Source: Deinococcota bacterium (GTDB taxonomy: Bacteria > Deinococcota > Deinococci > Deinococcales > Thermaceae). Taken from it: a stretch of DNA of 64,000 bases. Positions within the stretch are counted from its first letter, which is position 1. Every line of letters starts with the position of its first letter. The position numbers and the translations under genes are program-made. The stretch is from NCBI GenBank assembly GCA_041695225.1, contig JBGFRI010000045.1, forward strand, positions 1 to 64,000, read 5' to 3'. The notes under the pieces were generated by a model. The model was not told the origin of the DNA, ran no database searches, and was given only the letters and a program-made list of their open reading frames with translations. Below, in pieces: positions 38,546 through 48,548 of the stretch.

Positions 38546-38794
38546 ATGAGTGTTTTGGCGCGCATCTCTTTAATTCTGGGACTGGTGCTGCTGTTAATCG
38601 GGGTTATCCTGGCTACCATGAATTTCATCGTCATCCGCGACTACGTGGTGGCTCTTCAGCCATTGCGCGACTTGCCTCCTTACAACGTCAATCCCCGGGT
38701 CGGCTTGACCTACCTGATTGTCTTTGCCTCCGGTTTTCTGCTGGGCTTGGGTGTGATGATCTCCCGCCTTGCAGGCCGACGCCGACCTGAATAA
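38546..38794 (+). CDS. Small two-TM membrane protein
   Basis: Two hydrophobic helices; TAAACT-N6-ATG. Confidence 0.7.
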   Translation: MSVLARISLILGLVLLLIGVILATMNFIVIRDYVVALQPLRDLPPYNVNPRVGLTYLIVFASGFLLGLGVMISRLAGRRRPE

Positions 38795-38844
38795 CGCGCA
38801 TACCCAGCTCAGATGCCCTGGCGCTGGGGGCCTCGAGGCTGTTC

Positions 38845-39702
38845 GTGGGTTATCTTCTGGTTCTTTCGGCAGCCTCGCTGTGGGGTCTGCTGGGTGTGGT
38901 CTCCAAGCTGGCTTTTGAGCAGGGGGTAAGCCCGCTCGAGGTGGCCTTCTGGCGGGCTGCCCTTGGGGCAGTACTGTTTGGCACCCATGCCTTTTTGATC
39001 CAAAAAACACATGTACAGCGCAAAGACCTGCCAGCCGTGGCCGGGTTTGGACTGGTAGGAATTTCTCTGTTTTATGGGGCCTACCAGCTTGCCATTCAAA
39101 GTGGAGGGGCAGCGCTGGCCGCAGTCTTGCTCTATACCGCGCCGGCAATTGTGGCCCTGCTGGCCTGGCTGTTTCTGCGTGAACCAATGGACGCTTATAA
39201 ACTGGGGGCGGTGGCCCTGACCCTGCTGGGAGTGGCCGGAGTAAGTTTGCAGGGCGACGGGGTAAACGTGACCCCGGCGGCAGTATTCTGGGGCCTGCTC
39301 TCGGGCCTGACCTATGCCACCTACTACCTGTTTGGCAAGCTCTACTTGCACAAATACACCACCCCTACGGTATTCCTGTACGCCTTGCCGGTGGGGGCTT
39401 TGGGGCTTCTTCCTTTTGTGGACTTTGCCCCCAAAAACCCCGAAGCCTGGGGCGCCATTTTCTTTTTGACGGTGGTATCTACTTTTTTTGCCGTAACCCT
39501 GTATTTTGCTGGCCTGCGTAGGCTTCAGGCCACCCAGGCCGCAGTGGTTGCCACGGTGGAGCCAGTAGTGGCCGGGTTTGCTGCCTGGCTGTGGTGGGGT
39601 GAGCGGTTTAGCCTGCTGGGGTATCTGGGAGCAGGGCTGGTGCTGGCAGGCGTGTTGCTGATGGTGCTGAGGCCGCGGGCTAGACCAGGGGTTGGTCTTT
39701 AG
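38845..39702 (+). CDS. EamA/DMT family transporter
   Basis: LWG..VAFWR, LLYTAP, EPVVA..GE; about 10 TM segments. Confidence 0.92.
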   Translation: MGYLLVLSAASLWGLLGVVSKLAFEQGVSPLEVAFWRAALGAVLFGTHAFLIQKTHVQRKDLPAVAGFGLVGISLFYGAYQLAIQSGGAALAAVLLYTAPAIVALLAWLFLREPMDAYKLGAVALTLLGVAGVSLQGDGVNVTPAAVFWGLLSGLTYATYYLFGKLYLHKYTTPTVFLYALPVGALGLLPFVDFAPKNPEAWGAIFFLTVVSTFFAVTLYFAGLRRLQATQAAVVATVEPVVAGFAAWLWWGERFSLLGYLGAGLVLAGVLLMVLRPRARPGVGL

Positions 39703-39764
39703 TTTGCCAGGCCCTCAAGGACGAGAGTGCGCCTTCCTGGAGGGCTTAGCATCTGCAAGGAGGG

Positions 39765-40090
39765 TTGTTTTATACCATCATGACATACAAAATTGCGCCC
39801 TTCCCGATTCAGCCCCACGCGATGGCCGCCTTTGGCTGGTCCACGCCCTCCAGTGGCGAAGGAAGGTGGCAGCCCACTCTACTCGATAACCACGGCGCAG
39901 GCTCCTCTGGACGGCGTTTAGTGCGTCTGGAGCGCTGCCCCGGGGGCTGTTTGGGGACGAGACTCAGCAGATTATCCGAGACTGGTGTCACATTGGTGGC
40001 CATGGGCAGGCGTCGCTGGTAGGCCTCGAGGCCGAGGGAGCCAAACCATCGAGCCTTGGCTCGCAAGTCCTCCTATTGTTGAGTCCTGTG
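39765..40090 (+). pseudogene. Possible decayed universal stress protein gene
   Basis: SD then MFYTIMTY; RLWLVHAL, VTLVAMGRR and LGSQ fragments appear in USP order across frames. Confidence 0.4.
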
Positions 40091-40205
40091 AAAGGCCGCG
40101 AGATGTGTTTCAGATTGCATCAGGATTCCTCAGAGGGGCCTTGGCTTGGGATGTATTGTAGGCTGAAATGACTTTGTAGCGCTCGTTGGAGCGGGTCGGA
40201 GGTAG

Positions 40206-42359
40206 ATGATGCGAAGACTGAAGCATTGGATGTTACTGTTGCTGCTAGTTCTGGGCTTCTCGTTGGCTCAGGACAAACTGCCCGTCACCTTCACCTACCA
40301 CCCTCCCATGGGCCCCGAGGTCCGTAGCGTTAGCCTCCGAGGCAACTTTAACAACTGGGCCGAGCTGCCCCTGCAAAAAACCCCAGAAGGGGTCTGGCAG
40401 GTCACCCTAAAGCTGGCCCCTGGGCTTATCCAGTACAAGTTTTTTATCAACGGGCAGTGGCCGCGCGATATGTGCGACGACCCCCAGTTTGGCACTCCCA
40501 AGGTAGACGCCGAAGCCCACGGCTGCGCCGACGACGGGCAGGGTGGGCAGAATGCGGTGCGGGAGATCGGGCGCCAGGTAGCAGAGGTTCAAGCGCCCAG
40601 CGGCTTGGCATTTGAACACGATCCCCAAAAACCACGTTTTGTCTCGCAGGCCGCCGGACGCCTGTCGGTGCGGTTCCAGGTGCCCCGGGGTAGCATCCAG
40701 TCGGCGGCATTGCATGCCGATAGGGCTTACCCACTGGCGCTACAGCTGGTCTGGCCAGAAGGCGAGATGTGGCGGGCGACCCTGCCCGTAACGGTCTCGC
40801 AGTACCAGATTACGGTGGTGGATCGGGAGGGCGGGGAACAGACTTTTGGCCCGTTCAAGGCTCCGGCCCAGCCCTTCCGGGCGGTTAGCTGGGTGGCGGG
40901 AAGGGTAGGCTACCAGATCTTCCCCGACCGCTTCTGGAACGGCGACCCCACCAACGACCGGCTGGCGCTAAAGACCACGCAGGCCCACTTTGACAAGACC
41001 TGGCAGGGTCAGCGCCCATATCTGTCGGGCTGGACCGATCCCCCGGGCCTTTTCCACTGCTGCCACCAGTATTTTGGCGGCGACCTGGCCGGGGTTTTGC
41101 AGCGCCTCCCCCACCTGCGCTCGCTGGGGGTGAATCTGATTTATTTCAACCCCCTCTTCGACTCGGGCTCGGCCCACGGCTTCGATACTCACGATTATGT
41201 GAGGGTTGATCCCAGGCTAGGCGACAATGCGCTCTTACGCCGGGTGCTGACCGAGGCCAGGCGTCAGGGCATCAAGGTAATCTTCGACTTTGTGCCCAAC
41301 CATACCGGGCTGGGCCACTGGGCCTTTCAAGATGTGGTAAGAAAAGGGCCCGACTCGAGGTTCTGGAACTGGTACTTTATCCGCCGCTGGCCCTTTACCC
41401 CTGGCGATGGGCGGGACTATCTGGGCTGGGCCAATCTGGGCAGCCTGCCAAAGCTGAACACCTTTAACCCCGAGGTACAGGATTATCTGATCCGGGTCTC
41501 AAAGTTCTGGCTAGGCTTTGGTTTTAGCGGCATCCGGGTAGATGTGGCCAACGAAATCTCCACCGATTTTGTGCGGCGGTGGCGCGCGGCGCTCAAAGCC
41601 CAAAACCCCGAGGTCTACCTGGTGGGAGAGGTCTGGGATCTGCGCCCCCAGTTTTTGCAGGGTGACCAGTTCGACTCGCTGATGAACTACACCGTGGGGA
41701 GGGGAGGCTCTCCACCGGCCTTTGGCGGGGCGCTGGGCTTTGCCAGGGGCGGGCCACTGCAAAACGGGCGACGGGTGCTGGGTGAGCTGGCCAGGGTCTA
41801 TGCCACCTACCCCGAAGCGGTTGCGGCCATGGGCTTTAACCTGATTGGGTCGCACGATACCCCGCGGGTCCTGACCGACCTTGGCGGCGGTGGGCTGCGC
41901 GATACCCCCTCGGCAGAAGCGCTGGCCCGACTCAAACTGGCCTCTGCTATTTTGTATGCTCTGCCGGGGGCTTCGATGTTTTTTCAGGGCGAGGAGTGTG
42001 GTTTTACTGGTGAACGCGGTCAATGGCCCATCAACGAACTCTACCGCTACCCGATCCAGTGGGATCAGTGCCGGGCCGAGGTGCTTCGGCACTACCAGCT
42101 GCTGGGCCGGCTGCGTAACCAGATGGCAGTTTTCCAGAGCCCGGTCTTCCGCACCTACCTGGGCGAAGGCCCGCTGATGGCGTTCTTTTTGGGCGAGCCT
42201 GGCCCCGGCGAGTTGCTGGCGGCCTTCAACAACTCCACCGAAAGCACCACCCTGCCCCTACCAACGGGCAGGTGGCGGGATCTGGTCGAGGACCGGACAT
42301 TTCAGGGTCAGGTAGGGCTGGCTGGACTGGGCTGGCGCTACCTCGAGCGGGTGGAGTAG
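40206..42359 (+). CDS. Secreted GH13 alpha-amylase/pullulanase with N-terminal CBM48-like domain
   Basis: Signal peptide; GNFNNW..YKFFING; YQIFPDRF, DFVPNH, RVDVA, GEVW, GSHD catalytic regions. Confidence 0.92.
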   Translation: MMRRLKHWMLLLLLVLGFSLAQDKLPVTFTYHPPMGPEVRSVSLRGNFNNWAELPLQKTPEGVWQVTLKLAPGLIQYKFFINGQWPRDMCDDPQFGTPKVDAEAHGCADDGQGGQNAVREIGRQVAEVQAPSGLAFEHDPQKPRFVSQAAGRLSVRFQVPRGSIQSAALHADRAYPLALQLVWPEGEMWRATLPVTVSQYQITVVDREGGEQTFGPFKAPAQPFRAVSWVAGRVGYQIFPDRFWNGDPTNDRLALKTTQAHFDKTWQGQRPYLSGWTDPPGLFHCCHQYFGGDLAGVLQRLPHLRSLGVNLIYFNPLFDSGSAHGFDTHDYVRVDPRLGDNALLRRVLTEARRQGIKVIFDFVPNHTGLGHWAFQDVVRKGPDSRFWNWYFIRRWPFTPGDGRDYLGWANLGSLPKLNTFNPEVQDYLIRVSKFWLGFGFSGIRVDVANEISTDFVRRWRAALKAQNPEVYLVGEVWDLRPQFLQGDQFDSLMNYTVGRGGSPPAFGGALGFARGGPLQNGRRVLGELARVYATYPEAVAAMGFNLIGSHDTPRVLTDLGGGGLRDTPSAEALARLKLASAILYALPGASMFFQGEECGFTGERGQWPINELYRYPIQWDQCRAEVLRHYQLLGRLRNQMAVFQSPVFRTYLGEGPLMAFFLGEPGPGELLAAFNNSTESTTLPLPTGRWRDLVEDRTFQGQVGLAGLGWRYLERVE

Positions 42360-42360
42360 A

Positions 42361-42470
42361 GGGTCGAAGGTCTAAGGTCGAGGGTCCAAGGGATAAGGTC
42401 GAAGGTAGGGGGTCGAAGGTCTAAGGTCTAAGGTCGAAGGACGCAGGCCTAAGGCTAAGGTCGAAGGTCG
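42361..42470. repeat. Heptamer array (GGTCGAA/GGTCTAA)
   Basis: More than 10 degenerate copies directly after the amylase stop codon. Confidence 0.85.
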
Positions 42471-42665
42471 TTTTAGTTTAGACCAGTCCGCGGCCGCCCG
42501 ACGGCTTATACCAGATCTAGCTCAGCTCCTTTCTATCTATGGCTCCCCTGACCGTGCGCCTGTGGCCGTTGAGGGGTGGGGGAATGCAGGCACGCCCCGC
42601 CCAGCCAACCGCTTGGGTAAACCGGCAGTCGCTGTACCGGCATGATCGAACGTGCCTTACGCAGA

Positions 42666-42756
42666 CCGGGGATGTTTCGGAGTGCTGTGCACCCCTCAAC
42701 ATGACACCTCACTTTTGTCATTCTGAGGGGGCGTTTTTTGCCCCCGAAGAATCCCC
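42666..42756. repeat. REP-like pair (GTCATTCTGAG..GAAGAATCCC type)
   Basis: ggggatgtttcg..ctcaacatgac and gtcattctgag..cgaagaatcccc are imperfect inverted copies. Confidence 0.6.
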
Positions 42757-42855
42757 TAACTTCGTCGGCCCCGCTCTTCACAGAAGCAAGTTAGGAACAG
42801 TGTTATTTACTCCTCGAGGCCGGCGGAGCAGGGTCGGCTGCACTCCGTGTTAGCC
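42754..42855 (-). other. Degenerate integron attC-like site
   Basis: GGCTAAC containing the vapC stop, then acggagTGCAGCCGAC, inner stem CCCTGCTC/GAGCGGGG, end GTTAGGG; 102 bp. Confidence 0.55.
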
Positions 42856-43269
42856 ACCTGGCTCGTGATCCCCGACAAATGCGGCTAAGGACACTGCCAC
42901 CTTCGGGAAGTCGCTCAAGAGTTGTTTGTCTACTGTTACACATGACACCCCCAACTCTTGAGCCAGGGCCACAAACTCGCAATCATATGCCGAGCAGCTA
43001 CTCAAGGTGACCAATTTCAACACTTGATCGGAGTCCACCTCATATTCCCGGTCTTCCATAAGGCTCAGGGCTTCGGTCATGACCTGCTGGCTCGCCTCTA
43101 AGGACAACCAGTGCTTGCGGAGATACAGGGCGAGCACATTCCGGAACTCACTCCGCCACAGCAAAGGTGCAGCCCAATCAGCATCTTTGAGCAAAACTTG
43201 TTCGGCCTGGCGCGAGTGGGGGCTCGCCAGGTACAAATAGCCAATGATACTGGTGTCAACCACGATCAT
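42850..43269 (-). CDS. vapC: PIN-domain VapC toxin
   Basis: MIVVDT, SEFRNVL, SAYDCEFVALA, VTVDKQL. Confidence 0.93.
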   Translation of the reverse strand: MIVVDTSIIGYLYLASPHSRQAEQVLLKDADWAAPLLWRSEFRNVLALYLRKHWLSLEASQQVMTEALSLMEDREYEVDSDQVLKLVTLSSCSAYDCEFVALAQELGVSCVTVDKQLLSDFPKVAVSLAAFVGDHEPGG

Positions 43270-43289
43270 ACCGGATCATAGTGGCACGA

Positions 43290-43532
43290 TCACAGGCGGC
43301 CCGTCAGCTTGGCGGTTGTGAACTGTGTGTCGGTAATGGGATGCCGCCTGGTTTTCTGGCGCAACTCGCGTGCACGGGCGAGCAGGGCATCCGGGTTGAC
43401 TTTGCGGCCCCGCACGCCACGCTCGATAAGGGTGATGATCTCACTGTTGATACTGCGGCGATTGGCCGCCGCAGACTCTTTGAGCAATTCGTACAGATCG
43501 GGCGGTATATTTTTGAGCGTGATGGTAGGCAT
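43290..43532 (-). CDS. Arc/FitA-like ribbon-helix-helix antitoxin
   Basis: MPTITLKNIPPDLYELLKESAAANRRSINSEII; SD AGGAG. Confidence 0.9.
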   Translation of the reverse strand: MPTITLKNIPPDLYELLKESAAANRRSINSEIITLIERGVRGRKVNPDALLARARELRQKTRRHPITDTQFTTAKLTGRL

Positions 43533-43564
43533 GGGCGGCTCCTGAGTACGGTTGCGATATGGAA

Positions 43565-43595
43565 CCATTATGGTGGTATGGTCGCCAAATGTCAA
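43565..43595 (-). promoter_or_regulatory. TA operon promoter
   Basis: TTGACA-N17-CATAAT with palindrome ACCATAATGGT over the -10. Confidence 0.7.
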
Positions 43596-43736
43596 CCTGG
43601 GCCTGGCTGAGGCCACTAACATATCCGCGTCCGTGAGAAGCGTGCCGCATGAACAGGACCATAACATGGCCGAAGATGACACGGCCTACTCCATAACCCA
43701 CAAGAAAAATACCTAAGCCTGCTAGACTAAACTTCG

Positions 43737-44816
43737 ATGAACGACTACTACGCAACCCTGGGCGTGGACCGGCAGGCCAGTGCCGATGAGATCAAGAAGG
43801 CCTACCGCAAACTGGCGCTCCAGTATCACCCCGACAAAAACCCCGGCGACAAGAGGGCCGAGGAGAGGTTCAAGGAGATCAACGAGGCCTATGCGGTACT
43901 CTCTGACCCCGAAAAACGCGCCCACTACGACCGCTACGGCACCGCGGCTCCTGGGGGCTTTGGTGGGACTGGGAGCGGTAATTTTGGCGATATATTTGAT
44001 CTGTTTGAGCAGGTCTTTGGTTTTCGGTCACCCGGTGGTGGAGGCCGGGCGCCCAGGGGTGAGGATTTAGAAGTCTCCGTCGAGATGGAGCTGGTGGATG
44101 TGCTGCATGGTGTGGAGAAAGAACTCGAGTACGACCGCCTGGTAACGTGCGAGAGTTGTAATGGGCAGGGCGGCAAGCGGCAGTCCTGCAGGTCATGCAA
44201 TGGGCGTGGCACCTTCGAGCAGGTACAGCGAACCATTTTTGGCAACATGGTGGCCCAGGCCCCCTGCACAGCCTGCCGCGGCCGGGGCTATACCCTCGCC
44301 GAGACCTGCCAGACCTGCAAGGGACAGGGCCGGGTCAGGCGAGCAGAAAAAATCAGGGTAAACATGCCGGCGGGCATAGATGAAAACCAGCTCCTGAGGG
44401 TCTCGGGGATGGGCAGTCTGGGGCCCGGTGGGGCGGGTGATCTGTTTCTCCGCCCGCATATCCGCCCACACCCGCAACTTCACCGCGAAGGCTCGAACCT
44501 GGTCTACGAACTCAAGCTGGGCCTGGCCCAGGCTGCGCTGGGAGTCAAAACCCGCATACCGGGACTGGAGGGGGATCTCGAGTTCAGCGTACCCCCAGGC
44601 ACCCGCGATGGTGAAGTGTTTGAGCTCGAGGGGAAGGGCCTGCCCCAGCCCGGTGGCCGCAGCCGGGGCAAACTCCAGGTCGTCACACAAATTGCTGTTC
44701 CGCACAATCTTTCCAAAAAGGCCCGGGAACTGCTACGACAGTACGCCCAGGAGGTTGGCGAGGAGGTGGCCCCCGAAGGTTTCTGGGATAAGGTCAAGCG
44801 GGTCTTTCGAGGCTAA
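43737..44816 (+). CDS. dnaJ: Chaperone DnaJ
   Basis: J-domain HPD, G/F region, four CxxCxGxG repeats. Confidence 0.96.
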   Translation: MNDYYATLGVDRQASADEIKKAYRKLALQYHPDKNPGDKRAEERFKEINEAYAVLSDPEKRAHYDRYGTAAPGGFGGTGSGNFGDIFDLFEQVFGFRSPGGGGRAPRGEDLEVSVEMELVDVLHGVEKELEYDRLVTCESCNGQGGKRQSCRSCNGRGTFEQVQRTIFGNMVAQAPCTACRGRGYTLAETCQTCKGQGRVRRAEKIRVNMPAGIDENQLLRVSGMGSLGPGGAGDLFLRPHIRPHPQLHREGSNLVYELKLGLAQAALGVKTRIPGLEGDLEFSVPPGTRDGEVFELEGKGLPQPGGRSRGKLQVVTQIAVPHNLSKKARELLRQYAQEVGEEVAPEGFWDKVKRVFRG

Positions 44817-44831
44817 CCGGCTACGGCTGTG

Positions 44832-44915
44832 CCAATAGCCCATAGCTAATAGCCAATAGCCAATAGCCAAATAGCCAATAGCTGATAGCCGATAGCTTTT
44901 GACCCTCGACCTTTG
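44832..44915. repeat. Heptamer array (AATAGCC)
   Basis: About 9 copies between the convergent dnaJ and bshC. Confidence 0.85.
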
Positions 44916-44937
44916 CCCTGAGGCTTGTGATATTCCA

Positions 44938-46455
44938 CTAGCTCAAGCTGAGGGTATGGTTTTGGGTGGCGGGTAGCTCGAGCAGGCGCTCCAGTACCAG
45001 CTCGCCGTGTTTGAGCAGATACATCAAGAAAGGGTAGGTTCGTTCCTGGGGGGTGTGGCGGCCCTGCGGGCCAGGTGGAGCAAGGTGGCGTTGCAGGCGG
45101 GCAAACTGTGCGCCGATGGTGTTTTCCTGGTGCAGGGCGCTGGACAGGATTTTGCGCTGAAGGCGTTCAAGCTCGTGCTGAACCCGCACCTGAGCCCGAT
45201 GGCGGGGGCGGGTGAGGCTGGGGTTGGAAAGCAGGGCCTGAATTTGCTCAAACTCGGCAGCGATGCGCTTTAGGTGGGTCTGAATGGCCTGCACCTGCGC
45301 GTCATGCCGGGCCAGGGCGGCCTTGAACGAACCTTCGGGGTCGGCCTGGAAGGCCCAGGCCTGAAGCCCGTACTTTTGCAGGATACGCTCGATGGGGGGC
45401 TCGAGGATAGTCAGGCCCATCCGGCGGACCACCGCGGGAGGTTCTAGCCCATGCAGGGCGTATACCCCGCCCAGCTCGGCAACGTATTTGAGTTCGCCCG
45501 GCCCTACCACCAGGCCAGCGGTGGGCAGCACAGTATCCTGCAGTACTGGTCTAAGGCCAGCGGCCGGGGTGATACGGGCCGGGTCATCGGCCAGGATGGC
45601 CCGCAACTCGGCGGGAGTATAGCGCCGCACGCCGTCTTCAAAGATGCCGGCGCGGTAGCGCAGCAAGCGGCGAACCTGATCGGCGCCTTCCAAGAACAGG
45701 TTGGTAGCAGCCTGGCCCCGGCCCAGGGAGGCCTCGAGGCCCGCCCGTTTCATGGCCTGGGCGGTGCGGTTGATGGCCTCGGCGGAGGCCAGAGGGTCGG
45801 CGATCTCACGCTCCAAGGCCGGAACAAACAGCGGGGCCAGCTCGGGGGCCATGGGGTCGAAGAGTACCAGCCCCTGAGGGCCCAGAAATTCCAACATCAG
45901 GCGGGCAAAAACCTCGCTATAGCTCCAGTTCCCAAACATAGATTGGCAGATGCGCCCGCGGATCTGGGGATACCCTGCAAAGGGCTGCATCAGGCTGCAG
46001 ACCTGGGCAAAGTACGGGCTGAAGGGGATGCGCCCAGCGGGGCGGGCGATGGGTAGCTGAAGCCTCAGGGCGTGCACCCGCTCCTCGAAGTCCAGAAGTT
46101 CAATACTGCAAATTTCATCGGTGTCGTGGTCTTGTGAAGCCACCCAGAACACCGGCACAACCGGCTGCTGCTCGCTAGTGTGTGTGCGGGCCAGACTGAT
46201 AGCCGCATGGGCCTTATAGAAGGTGTAAGCAGGCCCTGTCAGCAGTCCCGCCTGCTGCCCGCTCACCATGGCGCGGCTGGCCGGGTGGGCCAGGCTTTGC
46301 GCGGCCTCGAGGCTGGCCTGGGGTGCGCCCAACCGCCTGAGATAGGCTACCAGCCCAGCGCTTAGGGCTTCACGCCCGGCGGACCTGGGCCTACGCAACA
46401 GATCAGGCAGATCTTCAAGGCTATAAGGCAAGAACTGGCGCAGGGCGTTGGGCAT
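44938..46455 (-). CDS. bshC: Bacillithiol biosynthesis cysteine-adding enzyme
   Basis: SGQQAGLLTGPAYTFYKA, PVFWVASQDHD..E, LRPVLQD..LPT..GPGELKY, PQER. Confidence 0.9.
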   Translation of the reverse strand: MPNALRQFLPYSLEDLPDLLRRPRSAGREALSAGLVAYLRRLGAPQASLEAAQSLAHPASRAMVSGQQAGLLTGPAYTFYKAHAAISLARTHTSEQQPVVPVFWVASQDHDTDEICSIELLDFEERVHALRLQLPIARPAGRIPFSPYFAQVCSLMQPFAGYPQIRGRICQSMFGNWSYSEVFARLMLEFLGPQGLVLFDPMAPELAPLFVPALEREIADPLASAEAINRTAQAMKRAGLEASLGRGQAATNLFLEGADQVRRLLRYRAGIFEDGVRRYTPAELRAILADDPARITPAAGLRPVLQDTVLPTAGLVVGPGELKYVAELGGVYALHGLEPPAVVRRMGLTILEPPIERILQKYGLQAWAFQADPEGSFKAALARHDAQVQAIQTHLKRIAAEFEQIQALLSNPSLTRPRHRAQVRVQHELERLQRKILSSALHQENTIGAQFARLQRHLAPPGPQGRHTPQERTYPFLMYLLKHGELVLERLLELPATQNHTLSLS

Positions 46456-46542
46456 GACTTAGGGATTCTATAGCCTGGGAGTGGGCCATAGCGTAACTTG
46501 TTGCCGCTTTACCGCCGTGGCCTGGGGGTGATTTATGCAAAA

Positions 46543-46830
46543 CGTCTCAGGTCACAAGTCGCAAGTCGCACAGAATGTCTCATGTCGCATGTCGCATGTC
46601 GCAAGTCAATTGACCTGAGACCTGCGACACTCAATGAGGCGATAGTCAATAGTTGATAGCTGATAGTCAATAGCTAATGGTTGTTGACCTGAGACCTGCG
46701 ACTTGCGACTGACTTTTGTCCTGCGACCTTCGACCTTCGACTTTAGACCTTCGACTAACTTCTGACATGGGACCTGCGACCTGAGACCTGTGACCTGCGA
46801 CATTTTAAAGACCTGAGACCTGCGACATTT
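46543..46830. repeat. Nested inverted heptamer arrays of three unit types
   Basis: GTCGCAA/T vs GACCTGA/GCGAC around the palindrome GTCAATTGAC; inner ATAGCTG and GACCTTC tracts. Confidence 0.85.
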
Positions 46831-46838
46831 TTACGGCG

Positions 46839-47480
46839 CTACAACGATACCCGTCTGAGCAGATCGGGCTGAAGGATCAGGATGCGCCGATAACCCAGCT
46901 CAATGGCATCGTCCATGGCCAGTTCTCCCAGTACTTTGGTGATGGTCTCGCGGGTAGAGCCGGCCAGGTGAGCTAGGTCCTGGTGGGAGAGAGTTACTTC
47001 CGGCCCTTCCTCGCCTTTGCGCATGGCCGAGAGCAGGGCTTTGGCCAACCGCGGCATCACTTCCTTGAAACGCAAATCCCGCAGGCGCTCCTCGGCTTTG
47101 CGGAGCCGGCGCGAAAGCAGTAGCACAAAAGCGGCCTGGGCCTCGGGGAAGCGGCTGTTGAGGCGTAACAAATCTTCCCTCGAGGCCGAGAGCAGCTCGC
47201 AGTCTACCAGTGGTTCGGCAAACACGCCGTAGCGCTCTGCCGGCAACAGTGCCCCTTCGCCGAATATTTCCCCGGCCCCTACCACGGTCAGGGTTATTTC
47301 TTCCTCTTGTGGGCCAAGCTGAAACAATCGCACCCAGCCATCCATTACGAAATACAGGGTCCTGGCCTCGTCTTCGGGATAGCAGACATAGCTGTTTCGC
47401 CGGGCAGTGAAGCTACGAAATACCCGCTCGGATTCGGCACGGGCTTCGGGGGGAAGGGAGGCGATGAACTCTGGGGTCAT
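46839..47480 (-). CDS. Crp/Fnr family transcriptional regulator
   Basis: GWVRL..GEIFGE cNMP domain; HQDLAHLAGSTRETITK HTH. Confidence 0.92.
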   Translation of the reverse strand: MTPEFIASLPPEARAESERVFRSFTARRNSYVCYPEDEARTLYFVMDGWVRLFQLGPQEEEITLTVVGAGEIFGEGALLPAERYGVFAEPLVDCELLSASREDLLRLNSRFPEAQAAFVLLLSRRLRKAEERLRDLRFKEVMPRLAKALLSAMRKGEEGPEVTLSHQDLAHLAGSTRETITKVLGELAMDDAIELGYRRILILQPDLLRRVSL

Positions 47481-47664
47481 GTTGATAATTTAGCGCCTCA
47501 AGATGGGAAACATTTTGGGTTGGCAACCAAATTGTAAGAAATACAGCTATTGGGGCTCGAGGCCAGCAGGCCAGATAAAACAAGAAAACCCATGTCAGAC
47601 AAATATTACCCTATCCGAACTATTCCCAGCGTTAGCCCATACTGAGCCGCAGGCTAAACCGGGT

Positions 47665-48483
47665 TCAAGCAAAGTTGGGCAGCTTAGAGGGGGGAATAAG
47701 CCCCGCCGCCTCTCCACGTCGGAATAGCTCGGCCACAGAAGCCTCGCCTTCGGAGCCTATGTCTAGCGAGAACTTGTTGACATAGGTGTGAATATGGGCC
47801 CAGATGACCTCATCTGAGAGTTCCTGGGCGTGCTGTTTGATGTAGGCCACCGTCTCGCCGGGGTGGGCGTAGGCGTACTCCAGGCTGGCTCGCACCGCCC
47901 GGTCTATGGCCCCAATGGTATCTGCGCCCAGGTCTCGCCGGGCCAGGATGGCTCCCAAAGGAAGCGGCAGGCCGGTGAGCTCTTCCCACCACTGGCCCAG
48001 GTCCAGCACTCTTTGCAGCCCATGCAGGTGGTAGGTGAAGCGCGACTCGTGAATGATGAGGCCTGCATCCACCTCGCCTCGCTGTACCGCCGGCACGACC
48101 TGGTCGTAACGCATCTGCACGGGATAAAAACCCGGGCTGTGCAAAGACAACAGCAGGAAGGCGGTGGTGTTTTTGCCTGGTATGGCAATTTTTTTATTCA
48201 GCAGTGTGTCCAGCGGATGCCGGGCCACCACGAGCGGCCCCACTCCACGCCCCACCGCCCCCCCCGAGCGCAAGGCCACATACTGCTCGCGCAAGCGCCC
48301 ATAGGCGGCGTAGCTAATTTTGGTGAGGGGCAGCCTGCCCTGCAAGGCCCAGCGGTTAAGGGTCTCAACATCTTCCAGCAGCTGGGCAATGGGGAAAGGA
48401 GAGACAACTTTGCCGTGGGCGAGCGCATAGAAGATAAAAGTGTCGTTGGGGCAGAAGGAGTAACCAAGCTGCAAGGGTTTCAT
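47665..48483 (-). CDS. mqnD: 1,4-dihydroxy-6-naphthoate synthase (futalosine menaquinone pathway)
   Basis: GYSFCPNDTFIF, DVETLN, GRGVGP, IIHESRFTY, PLPLG, HIHTYVN. Confidence 0.93.
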   Translation of the reverse strand: MKPLQLGYSFCPNDTFIFYALAHGKVVSPFPIAQLLEDVETLNRWALQGRLPLTKISYAAYGRLREQYVALRSGGAVGRGVGPLVVARHPLDTLLNKKIAIPGKNTTAFLLLSLHSPGFYPVQMRYDQVVPAVQRGEVDAGLIIHESRFTYHLHGLQRVLDLGQWWEELTGLPLPLGAILARRDLGADTIGAIDRAVRASLEYAYAHPGETVAYIKQHAQELSDEVIWAHIHTYVNKFSLDIGSEGEASVAELFRRGEAAGLIPPSKLPNFA

Positions 48484-48548
48484 GCTACTACCTTACCTCT
48501 AGTCGCCTCTAGTCGCTGGCAGCGCAGCAATGACGACAGTACGGGCGC

